Positions 1-13,959 of a DNA stretch of 64,000 nt are shown piece by piece. Location: NCBI GenBank assembly GCA_964016885.1, contig OZ024740.1, positions 15,376,001-15,440,000 on the forward strand. Direction: 5' to 3'. Position 1 is the first letter of the stretch. Every line of letters starts with the position of its first letter. The notes beneath the pieces were generated by a model. It made no database searches. It saw only the letters and a list, made by a program, of their open reading frames with translations, and had not been told where the DNA came from. Both the position numbers and the translations under genes were made by a program. Origin of the DNA: Eledone cirrhosa. Lineage: Eukaryota.

Positions 1-3000
1 GCTCTGACCTAGGTGTAGAGTCTGTCAACTAGCGGTACACAGCCAAAACACAGCTGTGACCTAGGCATAGAGTCTGTCACCTAGCGGTACACAGCTGAAA
101 CACAGCTCTGACCTAGTTGTACAGACTCTCACCTAGCGGTACACAGCCAAAACACAACTCTGACCTAGGTGTAGAGTCTATCACCTAGCGGTACACAGCC
201 AAAACACAGCGCTGACTTAGGTATAGAGTATGTCACCTAGCGGTACACAGCCGAAACAAAGCTCAGACCTAGGTGTACAGTCTGTCACCTAGCGGTACAC
301 AACCAAAGCACAGCTTTGACCTAGGTGTGCAGTCTGTCACCTAGCGGTACACAGCCGAAACACAGCTCTGACCTAGGTATAGAGTATGTCACCTAGCGGT
401 ACACAGCTGAAACACAGCTCTGACCTAGGTGTACAGTCTGTCACCTAGCGGTACACAGCCGAAACACAGCTCTGACCTAGGTATAGAGTATGTCACCTAG
501 CGGTACACAGCCAAAACACAGCTCTGACCTAGGTATAGAGACTGTCACCTAGCGGTACACAGCCAAAACACAGCTCTGACCTAGGTATAGAGTCTGTCAC
601 CTAGCGGTACACAGTCGAAACACAGCTCTGACCTAGGTGTACAGTCTGTCACCTAAAGGTACACAGTTGAAACACAGCTCTGACTTAGGTGTTGAGCCTG
701 TCACCTAGCGGTACACAGCTGAAACACAGCTCTGACCTAGGTGTACAGTCTGTCACCTAGCGGTACACAACCAAAACACAGCTCTGACCAAGGTATAGAG
801 TCTGTCACTTAGCGGTACACAGCCAAAACACAGCTCTGACTAAGGTATACAGTCTGTCACCTAGCGGTACACAACCAAAACACAGCTCTGACATAGGTGT
901 ACAGTCTGTCACCTAGCGGTACACAGCCGAAACACAGCTCTGACCTAGGTATAGAGTCTATCACCTAGCAGTACACAGCCAAAACATAGCTCTGACCTAG
1001 GTGTACAGTCTGTCACCTAGCGGTACACAGCCGACCACACAGTTCTGACCTAGGTATAGAGTCTATTACCTAGCGGTACACAGCCAAAACACAGCTCTGC
1101 CCTAGGTGTACAGTCTGTCACCTAGCGGTACACAGCCGAAACAAAGCTTTGACCTAGGTATAGAGTTTGTCACCTAGCGGTACACAGCCGAAACACAGCT
1201 CTGACTTAGGTGTACAGTCTGTCACCTAGCGGTACACAACCGAAACACAGCTCCGGCCTAGGTATAGAGTCTGTCACCTAGCGGTACAAAGCTGAAACAC
1301 AGCTCTGACCTACGTGTAGAGTCTGTCACCTAGCGGTACACAGCCAAAACACAGCTCTGACCTAGGTGTATAGTCTATCACCTAGCGGTACACAAACAAG
1401 ACACCGCTCTGACCTAGGTGTACAGTCTGTCACCTAGCGGTACACAGTTGAAACACAGCTCTGACTTAGGTGTAGAGCCTGTCACCTAGCGGTACACAGC
1501 TGAAACACAGCTCTGACCTAGGTGTACAGTCTGTCACCTAGCGGTACAAAGCCGAAACACAGCTCTGACCTAGGTATAGAGTATGTCACCTAGCGGTACA
1601 CAGCCAAAATACAGCTCTGACTTAGGTGTAGAGTCTGTCACCTAGCGGTACTCAGCCGAAACACAGCTCTGACCTAGGTATACCGTCTGTCACCTAGCGG
1701 TACACAGCCGAAACAAAGCTCAGACCTAGGTGTACAGTCTGTCACCTAGCGGTACACAACCAAAGCACAGCTCTGACCTAGGTGTACAGTCTGTCACCTA
1801 GCGGTACACAGCCAAAACACAGCTCTTACCTAGGTATAGAGTCTGTCACCTAGCGGTACACAGCCGAAACACAGCTCTGACCTAGGTATAGAGTCTGTCA
1901 CCTAGCGGTACACAGTTGAAACACAGCTCTGACTTAGGTGTAGAGCCTGTCACCTAGCGGTACACAGCTGAAACACAGCTCTGACCTAGGTGTACAGTCT
2001 GTCACCTAGCGGTACACAGCCGAAACACAGCTCTGACCTAGGTATAGAGTATGTCACCTAGCGGTACACAGCCAAAACACAGCTCTGACCTAGGTATAGA
2101 GACTGTCACCTAGCGGTACACAGCCGAAACACAGCTCTGACCTAGGTATAGAGTCTGTCACCTAGCGGTACACAGCCGAAACACAGCTCTGACCTAGGTA
2201 TAGAGTCTGTCACCTAGCGGTACACAGCTGAAACACAGCTCTGACCTGGGTATAGAGTTTGTCACCTAGCGGTACACAACCGAAATACAGCTCTTACCTA
2301 GGTATAGATTCTGTCACCTAGCGGTACACAGCCGAAACACAGCTCTGACCTAGGTGTACAGTCTGTCACCTAGCGGTACACAGCCAAAACACAGCTCTGA
2401 CCTAGGTGTACAGTCTGTCACCTAGCGGTACACAGCCAAAACACAGCTCTGACCTAGGCATAGAGTCTGTCACCTAGCGGTACACAGCTGAAACACAGCT
2501 CTGACCTGGGTATAGAGTTTGTCACCTAGCGGTACACAGCTGAAACACAGCTCTGACCTAGGTATAGAGTCTGTCACCTAGCGGTACACAGCTGAAACAC
2601 AGCTCTGACCTAGGTATAGAGTCTGTCACCTAGCGGTACACAGCTGAAACACAGCTCTGACCTAGGTATAGAGTCTGTCACCTAGCGGTACACAGCTGAA
2701 ACACAGCTCTGACCTAGGTATAGAGTCTGTCACCTAGCGGTACACAGCTGAAACACAGCTCTGACCTGGGTATAGAGTTTGTCACCTAGCGGTACACAGC
2801 TGAAACACAGCTCTGACCTAGGTATAGAGTCTGTCACCTAGCGGTACACAGCCGAAACACAGCTCAGACCTAGGTGTAGAGTCTGTCACCTAGCGGTACA
2901 CAGCCGAAACACAGCTCAGACCTAGGTGCACAGTCTGTCACCTAGCGGTACGCAGCCGAAACACAGCTCAGACCTAGGTGTAGAGTCTGTCACCTAGCGG

Positions 3001-6000
3001 TACACAGCTGAAACACAGCTCTGACCTAGGTATAGAGTCTGTCAGCTAGCGGTACACAGCCAAAACACAGCTCTGACCTAGGTGTAGAGTGTGTCACCTA
3101 GCGGTACACAGCTGAAACACAGCTCTGACCTAGGTATAGAGTCTGTCACCTAGCGGTACACAGCCAAAACACAGCTCAGACCTAGGTGTAGAGTCTGTCA
3201 CCTAGCGGTACACAGCTGAAACACAGCTCTGACCTAGGTATAGAGTCTGTCACCTAGCGGTACACAGCCAAAACACAGCTCTGACCTAGGTATAGAGTCT
3301 GTCACCTAGCGGTACACAGCCAAAACACAATTCTGACCTAGGTGTAGAGTGTGTCACCTAGCGGTACACAGCTGAAACACAGCTCTGACCTAGGTATAGC
3401 GTCTGTCACCTAGTGGTACACAGACAAAACACAGCTCTGACCTAGGTGTAGAGTCTGTCACCTAGCGGTACACAGTCGAAACACAGCTTTGACCTAGGTA
3501 TAGAGTCTGTCACCTAGCGGTACACAGCTGAAACACAGCTCTGACCTAGGTATAGAGTCTATCACCTAGCGGTACACAGCTGAAACACAGCTCTGACCTA
3601 TGTGTACAGTCTGACACCGAGCTGTACACAGCCAAATCAAAGCACTGACCTAGGTGTAGAATCTCTCAACAGCGGTACGCAGCCGAAACACAGCTCTGAC
3701 CTAGGTGTAGAGTCTATCACCTAGCTCTACACAGCCAAAACGCAGCTCTGACCTAGGTGTAGAGTCTGTCACCTAGCGGTACACAGCCAAAACACAGCTC
3801 TGACTTGGGTGTAGAGTCTGTCACCTAGCGGTACACGGCTGAAACACAGCTCTGACCTAGGTATAGAGTATGTCACCTAGCGGTACACAGCCAAAACACA
3901 GCTCTGACCTACGTTTAGAGTCTGTCACCTAGCGGTACACAGCCATAACACAGCTCTGACCTAGGTGTAGAGTCTGGAATCTAGCGGTACACAGCTGAAA
4001 CACAGCTCTGACCTAGGTATAGAGTATGTCACCTAGCGGTACACAGCCAAAACACAGCTCTGACCTAGGTTTAGAGACTGTCACCAAGCGGTACACAGCC
4101 ATAACACAGCTCTGACCTAGGTGTAGAGTCTGGAATCTAGCGGTACACAGCTGAAAAACAGCTCTGACCTAGGTATAGAGTATGTCACCTAGCGGTACAC
4201 ACCCAAAACACAGCTCTGACCTAGGTTTAGAGTCTGTCACCTAGCGGTACACAGCCAAAACACAGCTCTGACCTAGGTATAGAGTCTGTCACCTAGCGGT
4301 ACACAGCCGAAACACAGCACTGACCTAGGTGTACTGTTGTCACCTAGCGGTACACAGCCAAAATACAGCTCTGACTTAGGTGTAGAGTCTCTCACCTAGC
4401 GGTACACAGCCGACCCACAGCTCTGAGCTAGGTATAGAGTGTGTCACCTAGCGGTACACAACCAAAACACAGCTCTTACCTAGGTATAGAGTATGTCACC
4501 TAGCGGTACACAGCCGAAACACAGCTCTGACCTAGGTAAAGAGTCTGTCACCTAGCGGTACACAGCCGAAACACAGCTCTGACCTAGGTATAGAATCTGT
4601 CACCTAGCGGTACACAACCAAAACACAGCTCTGATCTAGGTATAGAGTCTGTCACCTAGCGGTACACAGTCAAAACACAGCTCTGACCTAGGTATAGAAT
4701 CTGTCACCTAGCGGTACACAGCCAAAACAAAGCTCTGACCTACGTGCAAATTCTGTCACCTAACGGTACACAGCCGAAACACAGCTCTGACCTAGGTGTA
4801 CAGTCTGTCACCTAGCGGTAGACAGCCGAAACACAGCTCTGACCTAGTTATAGGGTCTGTCACCTAGCGGTACACAGCTGAAACACAGCTCTGACCTAGG
4901 TATAGAGTCTGTCACCTAGCGGTACACAGCCGAAACACAACTCTGACCTAGGTATAGATTTTGTCACCTAGCGGTACACGGCCGAAACATAGCTCTGACC
5001 TGGGTATAGAATCTGTCACCTAGCGGTACACAGCCGAAACACAGCTCTGACTTAGGTATAGAGTCTGTCACCTAGCGGTACACAGCCAAAACACAGCTCT
5101 GACCTAGGTATAGAATCTGTCACCTAGCGGTACACAGCCAAAACACAGCTCTGACCTAGGTGCAAATTCTGTCACCTAACGGTACACAGCCGAAACACAG
5201 CTCTGACCTAGGTGTACAGTCTGTCACATAGCGGTACACAGCCGAAACACAACTCTGACCTAGGTATAGATTTTGTCACCTAGCGGTACACGGCCGAAAC
5301 ACAGCTCTGACCTGGGTATAGAGTCTGTCACCTAGCGGTACACAGCCGAAACACAGCTCTGACCTAGGTATAGAATCTGTCACCTAGCGGTACACAGCCA
5401 AAACACAGCTCTGACCTAGGTATAGAATCTGTCACCTAGCGGTACACAGCCGAAACACAGCTCTGACCTAGGTATAGAATCTGTCACCTAACGTTACACA
5501 GCCGAAACACAGCTCTGACCTAGCTGTAGAGTCTATCACCTAGCGGTACACAGCCAAAACACAGCTCTGACCTTGGTATAGAGTCTGTCACCTAGCGGTA
5601 CACAGCCGAAACACAGCTCTGACCTAGGTGTACACTCTGTCACCTAGCGGTACACAGCCGAAACACTGCTCTGACCTAGGTGTACAGTCAGTCACCTAGC
5701 GGTACACAGCCAAAACACAGCTCTGACCTAGGTGCACAGTCTGTCACCTAGCGGTACACAGCCAAAACACAGCTCTGACCTAGGTGCACAGTCTGTGACC
5801 TAGCGGTACGCAGCTGAAACACAGCTCTGACCTAGGTATAGAGTCTGTCACCTAGCGGTACACAGCCAAAACTCAGCTCTGACTTGGGTGTAGAGTCTGT
5901 CACTTAGCGCTACACAGCCAAAACACAGCTCTGACCTAGGTGCACAGTCTGTGACCTAGCGGTACGCAGCTGAAACACAGCTCTGACCTAGGTGTAGAGT

Positions 6001-9000
6001 CTGTCACCTAGCGGTACACAGCCAAAACACATCTCTGACTTAGGTGTAGAGTCTGTCACCTAGCGGTACACAGCCGAAACACAGCTCTGACCTAGGTGTA
6101 CACTCTGTCACCTAGCGGTACACAGCCGAAACACTGCTCTGACCTGGGTATAGAGTCTGTCACCTAGCGGTACACAACCAAAACACAACTCTGACCTAGG
6201 TATAGAGTCTGTCACCTAGCGGTACAGAGCCAAAACACAGCTCTGACCTAGGTATGGAATCTGTCACCTAGCGGTACACAGCCAAAACACAGCTCTGACC
6301 TAGGTGCACAGTCTATCACATAGAGGTACATAGCCGAAACACAGCTCTGACCTAGGTGTACACTCTGTCACCTAGCGGTACACAGCCGAAACACAGCTCT
6401 GACCTAGCTGTAGAGTCTATCACCTAGCGGTACACAGCCAAAACACAGCTCTGACCTTGGTATAGAGTCTGTCACCTAGCGGTACACAGCCGAAACACAG
6501 CTCTGACCTAGGTGTACACTCTGTCACCTAGCGGTACACAGCCGAAACACTGCTCTGACCTAGGTGTACAGTCAGTCACCTAGCGGTACGCAGCTGAAAC
6601 ACAGCTCTGACCTAGGTGTAGAGTCTATCACCTAGCGGTACACAGCCAAAACACAGCTCTGACCTAGGTATAGAGTCTATCACCTAGCGGTACACAACCA
6701 AAACACAGCTGTGACCTATGTGTACAGTCTGTCACCTAGCGGTACACAGCTCTGATCTAGGTATAGAGTCTGTCACCTAGCGGTACACAACCAAAGCACA
6801 GCTCTGACCTAGGTGTACAGTCTGTCACCTAGCGGTACACAGCCAAAACACAGCTCTGACTTAGATATAGAGTCTGTCACCTAGCGGTACACAGCCAAAA
6901 CACAGCTCTGACCTAGGTATAGAGTCTGTCACCTAGCGGTACACAGCCAAAACACAGCTCTGACCTAGGTATAGAGTCTGTCACCTAGCGGTACACAGCC
7001 GAAACACAGCTCTGACCTAGGTATAGAGTCTATCACCTAGCGGTACACAACCAAAACACAGCTCTGACCTAGGTGTACAGTCTATCACCTAGCGGTACAC
7101 AGCCGAAACACTGCTCTGACCTATGTATAGAGTCTATCACCTAGCGGTACACAGCCGAAACACAGCTCTGACCTAGGTGCACAGTCTATCACCTAGCGGT
7201 ACACAGCCGAAACACAGCTCTGACCTAGGTGTAGAGTCTATCACCTAGCGGTACACAGCCAAAACACAGGTCTGACCTAGGTGCACAGTCTATCACCTAG
7301 CGCTACACAGCCGAAACACTGCTCTGACCTATGTATAGAGTCTATCACCTAGCGGTACACAGCCAAAACACAGCTCTGACCTAGGTGTACAGTCTGTCAC
7401 CTAGCGGTACACAGCCAAAACACAGCTCTGACCTAGGTGCACAGTCTGTCACCTAGCGGTACGCAGCTGAAACACAGCTCTGACCTAGGTGTAGAGTCTA
7501 TCACCTAGCGGTACACAGCCAAAACACAGCTCTGACTTGGGTGTAGAGTCTATCACCTAGCGGTAGACAGCTGAAACACAGCTCTGACCTAGGTATAGAG
7601 TCTGTCACCTAGCGGTACACAGCAAAAACACAGCTCTGACCTAGGTATAGAGTCTATCACCTAGCGGTACACAACCAAAACACAGCTCTGACCTAGGTGT
7701 AGAGTCTGTCACCTAGCGGTACACAGCCAAAACACACCTCTGACCTAGGTGTAGAGTCTGTCACCTAGCGGTACACAGCCAAAACACAGCTCTGACCTAG
7801 GTGTACAGTCTGTCACCTAGCGGTACACAGCCAAAACACAGCTCTGACCTAGGTATAGAGTCTGTCACCTAGCGGTACACAGCCAAAACACAGCTCTGAC
7901 TTAGGTGTAGAGTCTGTCAACTAGCGGTACACAGCCAAAACACAGCTCTGACCTAGGTATAGAGTCTGTCACCTAGCGGTACACAGCCAAAACACAGCTC
8001 TGACCTAGGTATAGAGTCTGTCACCTAGCGGTACACAGCCAAAACACAGCTCTGACCTAGATATAGAGTCTGTCACCTAGCGGTACACAGCCAAAACACA
8101 GCTCTGACCTAGGTATAGAGTCTGTCACCTAGCGGTACACAGCCAAAACACAGCTCTGACCTAGATATAGAGTCTGTCACCTAGCGGTACACAGCCGAAA
8201 CACAGCTCTGACCTAGGTGTAGAGTCTGTCACCCAGCGGTACACAGCCAAAACACAGCTCTGACCTAGGTATAGAGTCTGTCACCTAGCGGTACACAGCC
8301 AAAACACAACTCTGACCTAGGTGCAAATTCTGTCACCTAACGGTACACAGCCGAAACACAGCTCTGACCTAGGTGTACAGTCTGTCACCTAGCGGTACAC
8401 AGCCAAAACACAACTCTGACCTAGGTGCAAATTCTGTCACCTAACGGTACACAGCCAAAACACAACTCTGACCTAGGTGCAAATTCTGTCACCTAGCGGT
8501 ACACAGCCGAAACACAGCTCTGACCTAGGTATAGAGTCTGTCACCTAGCGGTACACAGACGAAACACAGCTCTGACCTAGGTAAAGAGTCTGTCACCTCG
8601 CGGTACACAGCCAAAACACAGCTATGACCTAGGTATAGAGTCTGTCACCTAGCGGTACACAGACGAAACACAGCTCTGACCTAGGTGTACAGTCTGTCAC
8701 CTAGCGGTACACAGCCGAAACACAGCTCTGACCTAGGTGTAGAGTCTGTCACCTAGTGGTACACAGCTGAAACACAGCTCTGACCTAGTTATAGAGTCTA
8801 TTACCTAGCGGTACACAACCGAAACACAGCTCTGACCTAGGTATAGAGACTGTCACCTAGCGGTACACAGCCAAAACACAGCTCTGACCTAGGTATAGAG
8901 TCTGTCACCTAGCGGTACACAGACGAAACACAGCTCTGACCTAGGTGTACAGTCTGTCACCTAGCGGTACACAGCCGAAACACAGCTCTGACCTAGGTAT

Positions 9001-10047
9001 AGAGTCTGTCACCTAGCGGTACACAGCCAAAACACAGCTCTGACCTAGGTATAGAGTCTGTCACCTAGCGGTACACAGCCAAAACACAGCTCTGACTTAG
9101 GTGTACAGTCTCTCACCTAGCAGTACCTAGTTGAAACACCGCTCTGACCTAGGTGTAGAATCTATCACCTAGCGGTACACAGCCAAAACACAGCTCTGAC
9201 TTAGGTGTAGAGTCTCTCACCTAGAGGTACACAACCAAAACACAGCTCTGACCTAGGTATAGTGTATGTCACCTAGCGGTACACAGCCGAAACACATCTC
9301 TGACCTAGGTGTACAGGCTGTCACCTAGCGGTACACAGCCGAAACACAGCTCTGACCTAGGTGTACAGTCTGTCACATAGCGGTACACAGCCGAAACACA
9401 GCTCTGACCTAGGTATAGAGTCTGTCACCTAGCGGTACACAGCCGAAACACAGCTCTGACCTAGTATAGAATCTGTCACCTAGCGGTACACAACCAAAAC
9501 ACAGCTCTGACCTAGGTATAGAATATCTCACCTAGCGGTACACAGCCGAAACACAGCTCTGACCTAGGTGTACAGTCTGTCACCTAGCGGTACACAGCCG
9601 AAACACAGCTCTGACCTAGCTGTAGAGTCTATCACTAGCAGTACACAGCCAAAACACAGCTCTGACCTAGGTGTAGAGTCTGTCACCTAGCGGTACACAG
9701 CCAAAACACAGCTCTGACCTAGGTGTAGAATCTATCACTAGCGGTACACAGCCAAAACACAGCTCTGACCTAGGTGTACAGTCTGTCACCTAGCGGTACA
9801 CAGCCGAAACACAGCTCTGACCTAGCTGTAGAGTCTATCACTAGCGGTACACAGCCAAAACACAGCTCTGACCTAGGTGTAGAGTCTGTCACCTAGCGGT
9901 ACACAGCCAAAACACAGCTCTGACCTAGCTGTAGAGTCTATCACTAGCGGTACACAGCCAAAACACAGCTCTGACCTAAGTGTAGAGTCTGTCACCTAGC
10001 GGTGCACAGCCGAAACACAGCTCTGACCTAAGTCTACAGTCTGTCAG
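1..10047. repeat. 52-bp tandem satellite, ~190 copies, runs off the left edge
   Basis: Unit GCTCTGACCTAGGT(G/A)TA(G/C)AGTCTGTCACCTAGCGGTACACAGCC(A/G)AAACACA recurs every 52 nt with scattered substitutions. Confidence 0.98.
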
Positions 10048-10349
10048 CCTCTCTCTCCCCCTTGATTTCTTCCTCTGTCTAGTAGTCCTTGCCCTTCTCC
10101 CCTTTTTCCTCTCATCTATGGCATTTATAGTCGTTTCCATTACTGCTTTCTTTTTCTGTTTCACCAATTTATGGTTATTGCTGTCTAGCTTCCTTGAGAC
10201 ATCGGGGAAGGGTTTGGTCCAGCGACACATTTTAATTTCTTTTGTAAGCAAAAGTGTCGAACAACAATTTCCAGATTCTTCCACGTGTATCTTCTCGCCA
10301 GTGTTCGAAATTGTAGAGAAATATTCCAGATAGTTCAGCTTTCTGCTTC

Positions 10350-10417
10350 TGTATGTGTGTCTGTGTGTGTCTGTGTGTGTCTGTTTGACTGTGTGTGTCT
10401 TTGTGTGTGTGTGTGTC

Positions 10418-10501
<84 letters not shown>

Positions 10502-10563
10502 TGTGCGCGTGTGTGTGCGTGTGTGTGTGCGTCTGTGTGTGTCTTTGTGTGTGTGTCTGTGTG
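10350..10563. repeat. (GT)n microsatellite
   Basis: Directly visible; source of spurious CV/HT ORFs. Confidence 0.95.
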
Positions 10564-10574
10564 TCACCATACCA

Positions 10575-11779
10575 TGAATAGTATGGTATGGTGGGACAAT
10601 AGACTTAAACTTAAACTTAAAGAACAATTAGAAGACAGCAACCTCTTAACCCTGATAATGTACTCCCGCTACGTTGATGATATAAACATCGTAGTAAAAA
10701 CACGCCCACTAGAGAACAGTCAGGAATTAGAGAAAAACACCATGGAAAGCATCCAGCAAATAGCTAACTCCATCCACCAGAGTATTAGAGTTACTATAGA
10801 CTACCCAAGCAAACACCCCAACCATCGATTACCTGTACTAGACACAGAGCTCTGGTTAGAAACCATTAATAACAAAAACAAATCCTCCATTCCCATTATG
10901 CCAAACCCATGACTTCCAAATATCTGATCCAACGAAACTCATCTGTTTCGGACCATACCAAAATCAACATACTGATTGCGGATTTGGTACGGGTGATGAG
11001 AAACGTCTCCCGCATGTGCAACCCCGAAGAACTAGAGAGACACATACAACACTTCATCCACCGTATGCAGTTCTCTGGCTACAATCAGAGTACATAGAGG
11101 AGCCAGAACCAAATGGGAAAAAATAGTAAATAATGATACAAATGGGACCTGCCCCTTGTATAGGAGCAAATTTTGGAATAGAATAGAAAGAACTAGGAAT
11201 AAGGTTAATAGAATAAACTCATGGTATGATAGCAATAAATACCAGAGTGTAATGTTCATTAATACAACCCCTAGAGGTGAATTAGCTAACAAATTTAGAA
11301 GGGCGCTAGATAAACATAAACTCAATATTAAGATAGTAGAAAGACCAGGTACCTCCATAAAAACACTTATGAGCAATACTTTTCAAAAACCTCGCTGTAT
11401 AGATAGGAAATGTATAATCTGTAAACTAAGCCCCCATATTAACTGTAAAACTAGAAATGTAGTGTATAGCATAAGATGTACTGAAGGACAATGTAGAGAC
11501 ACAAATATAGTGTACATAGGTGAGACACCTCGTAGTATAGGGGAACGGTTAAATGAACACTGGCGAGACCTTCAAGATAGTAAAGAATCATCTGTACTCT
11601 ACCAACATGCTAAAATAGAACATAAGGGCAAATTAGAGAACATAGAAATAAAAATAGAATCTACACACAGAAAAGACGCAATGTTTAGACAAATCACAGA
11701 GGCAATAAACATAAATGAACTCCAACTAAAATTAAATAGAAAACATGAGTGGAATAGCAACATCACAACTTACAATTAA
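10575..11779 (+). pseudogene. Frameshifted PLE RT/GIY-YIG polyprotein remnant
   Basis: Three consecutive ORF pieces (to 10912, 10909-11097, 11156-11779) in different frames carry successive RT, thumb and GIY-YIG motifs. Confidence 0.85.
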
Positions 11780-11971
11780 GGACAAAATGAAAACACATAC
11801 GCACATAGAACAAACAACCAACCTGTAACATGTAAATAAACAAATAAATAAACAAATATAAACACACACAGATATCCGGATGTAACACAAACTAAGCACA
11901 CAACACACACAAAAACAAGATGGCGTAGGACAGAACAAAGGAGAGGCACAAAAACAAAGAAAGAATCCCCA

Positions 11972-12014
11972 GTCACTGAAGAGGTCACAGAATGTGTGAC
12001 GAAAGAACTTTGAC
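11972..12014 (+). ncRNA. Minimal type I hammerhead ribozyme motif in the PLE 3' pLTR
   Basis: GTCA-CTGAAGA-G-GTCACA(GAATG)TGTGAC-GAAAG-AA-CTT-TGAC; atypical CUU triplet. Confidence 0.65.
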
Positions 12015-12219
12015 AATATATGAACAACTGTCCAGTTGTGGAACCAACCAACCAACCGGAAATTTATAAATTCTTAAATTTATAAATTTAATTTATAATA
12101 AATTGAAGTGAAAGCAACTGGTGCGTGTGTTTCTTATTGGCAACATAACCCTCCCAAAGTATAACAATATCGGTTTCAACACACGTTTTCAGATAAAAAT
12201 CTTGTTAAACAAATTCAGA

Positions 12220-12265
<46 letters not shown>

Positions 12266-12270
<5 letters not shown>

Positions 12271-12816
12271 TAGCAAGATTCTTTATCTGAAAACGTGTGT
12301 TGAAACCGATATTGTTATGCTTTGGGAGGGTCATGTTGCCAATAAGAAACACACTCACCAGTTGCTTTCACTTCAATTTATTATAATAAATTTATAAATT
12401 TAGGAATTTATAAATTTCCGGTTGGTTGGTTGGTTCCACAACCAGATGGTTGTTTATATGTTGTCAAAGTTCTTTCGTCACACATTCTGTGACCTCTTCA
12501 GTCACTGGGGATTCTTTTCTTTGTTTTTGTGCCTCTCCTTTGTTCTGTCCTACGCCATCTTGTTTCTGTGTGTGTGTTGTGTGCTCAGTCTGCGCATGCG
12601 CCACATCCGGGTGTCTGTGTGTGTTTATATTCGTTTATTTATTTGTTTATTTACATGTTACAGGTTGGTTGTTTGTTCTATGTGCGTGTGTGTTTTCATT
12701 TTGTCCTTAATTGTAAGTTGTGATGTTGCTGTTCCATTCATGTTTTCTATTTAATTTTGGTTGTAATTCTTTTATGCCTATTGCCTCTGTGATTTATCTA
12801 AACATTGCGTCTTTTA
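12266..12816 (-). mobile_element. Second, diverged 3' fragment of the same PLE in opposite orientation
   Basis: Reverse complement of ~11670-12215 with several substitutions and indels; HHR copy at ~12463-12505. Confidence 0.9.
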
Positions 12817-12849
12817 TATGTATATATATATCTAGGGCGGGTAAAATTC

Positions 12850-13140
12850 CCGAGATCCATGGAGTTCTCTCCAGCGTCTCTGTCGCTCATTATCGCTGCC
12901 ATGTCCTGCGTCTCCAACAGACCAGTATCTGCCCTTAGGGCATCAACATATGTTAACCCCTTGGTTTTCCTCTTCCAGTGTCTCCATGCAGGGGCTCCCA
13001 CGGGAGCACTGAGTGCAGTGTAAACTCTGGATGTCGGTGAGCATGTCCAGCTGACCTCAGTCTCCTCTGTGTCACTTTTGAGCTAACTTTTGGGAGTCTC
13101 CCAGTGTAGTTAGGGGCTCTAACCCTAGTGCTGTTAGATA
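12850..13140 (-). mobile_element. RTE-clade LINE 3' fragment
   Basis: RRLRSAGHAHRHPE..LPWEPLHG..GRGKP / TYVDALRADTGL..DR matches the RTE C-terminal pattern RRLRxxGHxxR..GRP..DR. Confidence 0.7.
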
Positions 13141-13219
13141 GATTCTCCATATTTCTTTTCAATGGTTGACAATCCCTCACCGGCGCCACTCGAATAAGGT
13201 AATTATTTAACCCATAAAT

Positions 13220-13306
<87 letters not shown>

Positions 13307-13384
13307 AAAGGAGACAACAAACAGATATACAAACAGTCTTATTAGTTTTAGTTTCATGCTTTACATTGGAAAGAGGAAAGAAAG

Positions 13385-13418
13385 TTCGACGTGTCGGGCT
13401 TAAGTCCTTCTTCAGGAG
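13385..13418 (-). ncRNA. Degenerate PLE-type hammerhead remnant
   Basis: Reverse complement reads CTGAAGA-AGGACTTAAGCCC-GACAC-GTC; GAAA mutated to GACA. Confidence 0.35.
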
Positions 13419-13858
13419 TACAAATAGAGACAGGATCACAATGGAGAAACAGAAAGAATGTTCAGAAAGAATATATATATATATATATATATATATAAAG
13501 AGAGAGGGGGAGGAGAGGACGGTGAAAACATTTCCGAATTGGTGGGGCCAAATTTAGATAATTTAGTTGTAGTGATTATTTTTGCTCTTTGCACTCTAAA
13601 ATGGTCAGAAAACTTCGATATGCGATAAACATAACATGTACACAAATTGTAGAGAATATCTAAATAGATGTGTTGTGGTAGTTTGGGCATAAAATATAAT
13701 TATTGGAGGGGGGCATGCGCCTCCTCCCAGTTCCGCCGCCACTGTATATATGTAATTTTTTAAAATGTGCGCTGGACATTTCCTAAGTTGTATATATTTG
13801 GAGCTTCTCCACATTTGGTTAGAAACTGGTATTATATCCAATTTATTCATCTACTATG

Positions 13859-13930
<72 letters not shown>

Positions 13931-13959
13931 ATTATGTTATAAATATAATTATTCTTTGC

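Larger units (their letters stand above)
10564..12223 (+). mobile_element. 5'-truncated Penelope-like retroelement (PLE): RT C-terminus, GIY-YIG endonuclease and 3' pLTR with hammerhead
   Basis: YSRYVDDI RT motif, LPVLDT and thumb region; CIDRKCIIC..NVVYSIRC..YIGETPRS..ER..EH..RQITEAINI..LNRKHEW GIY-YIG; ends at (TA)n. Confidence 0.9.

Noticed and set aside
9976-10340. 102-aa basic ORF next to the satellite
   Set aside because: No convincing motif; runs into the satellite
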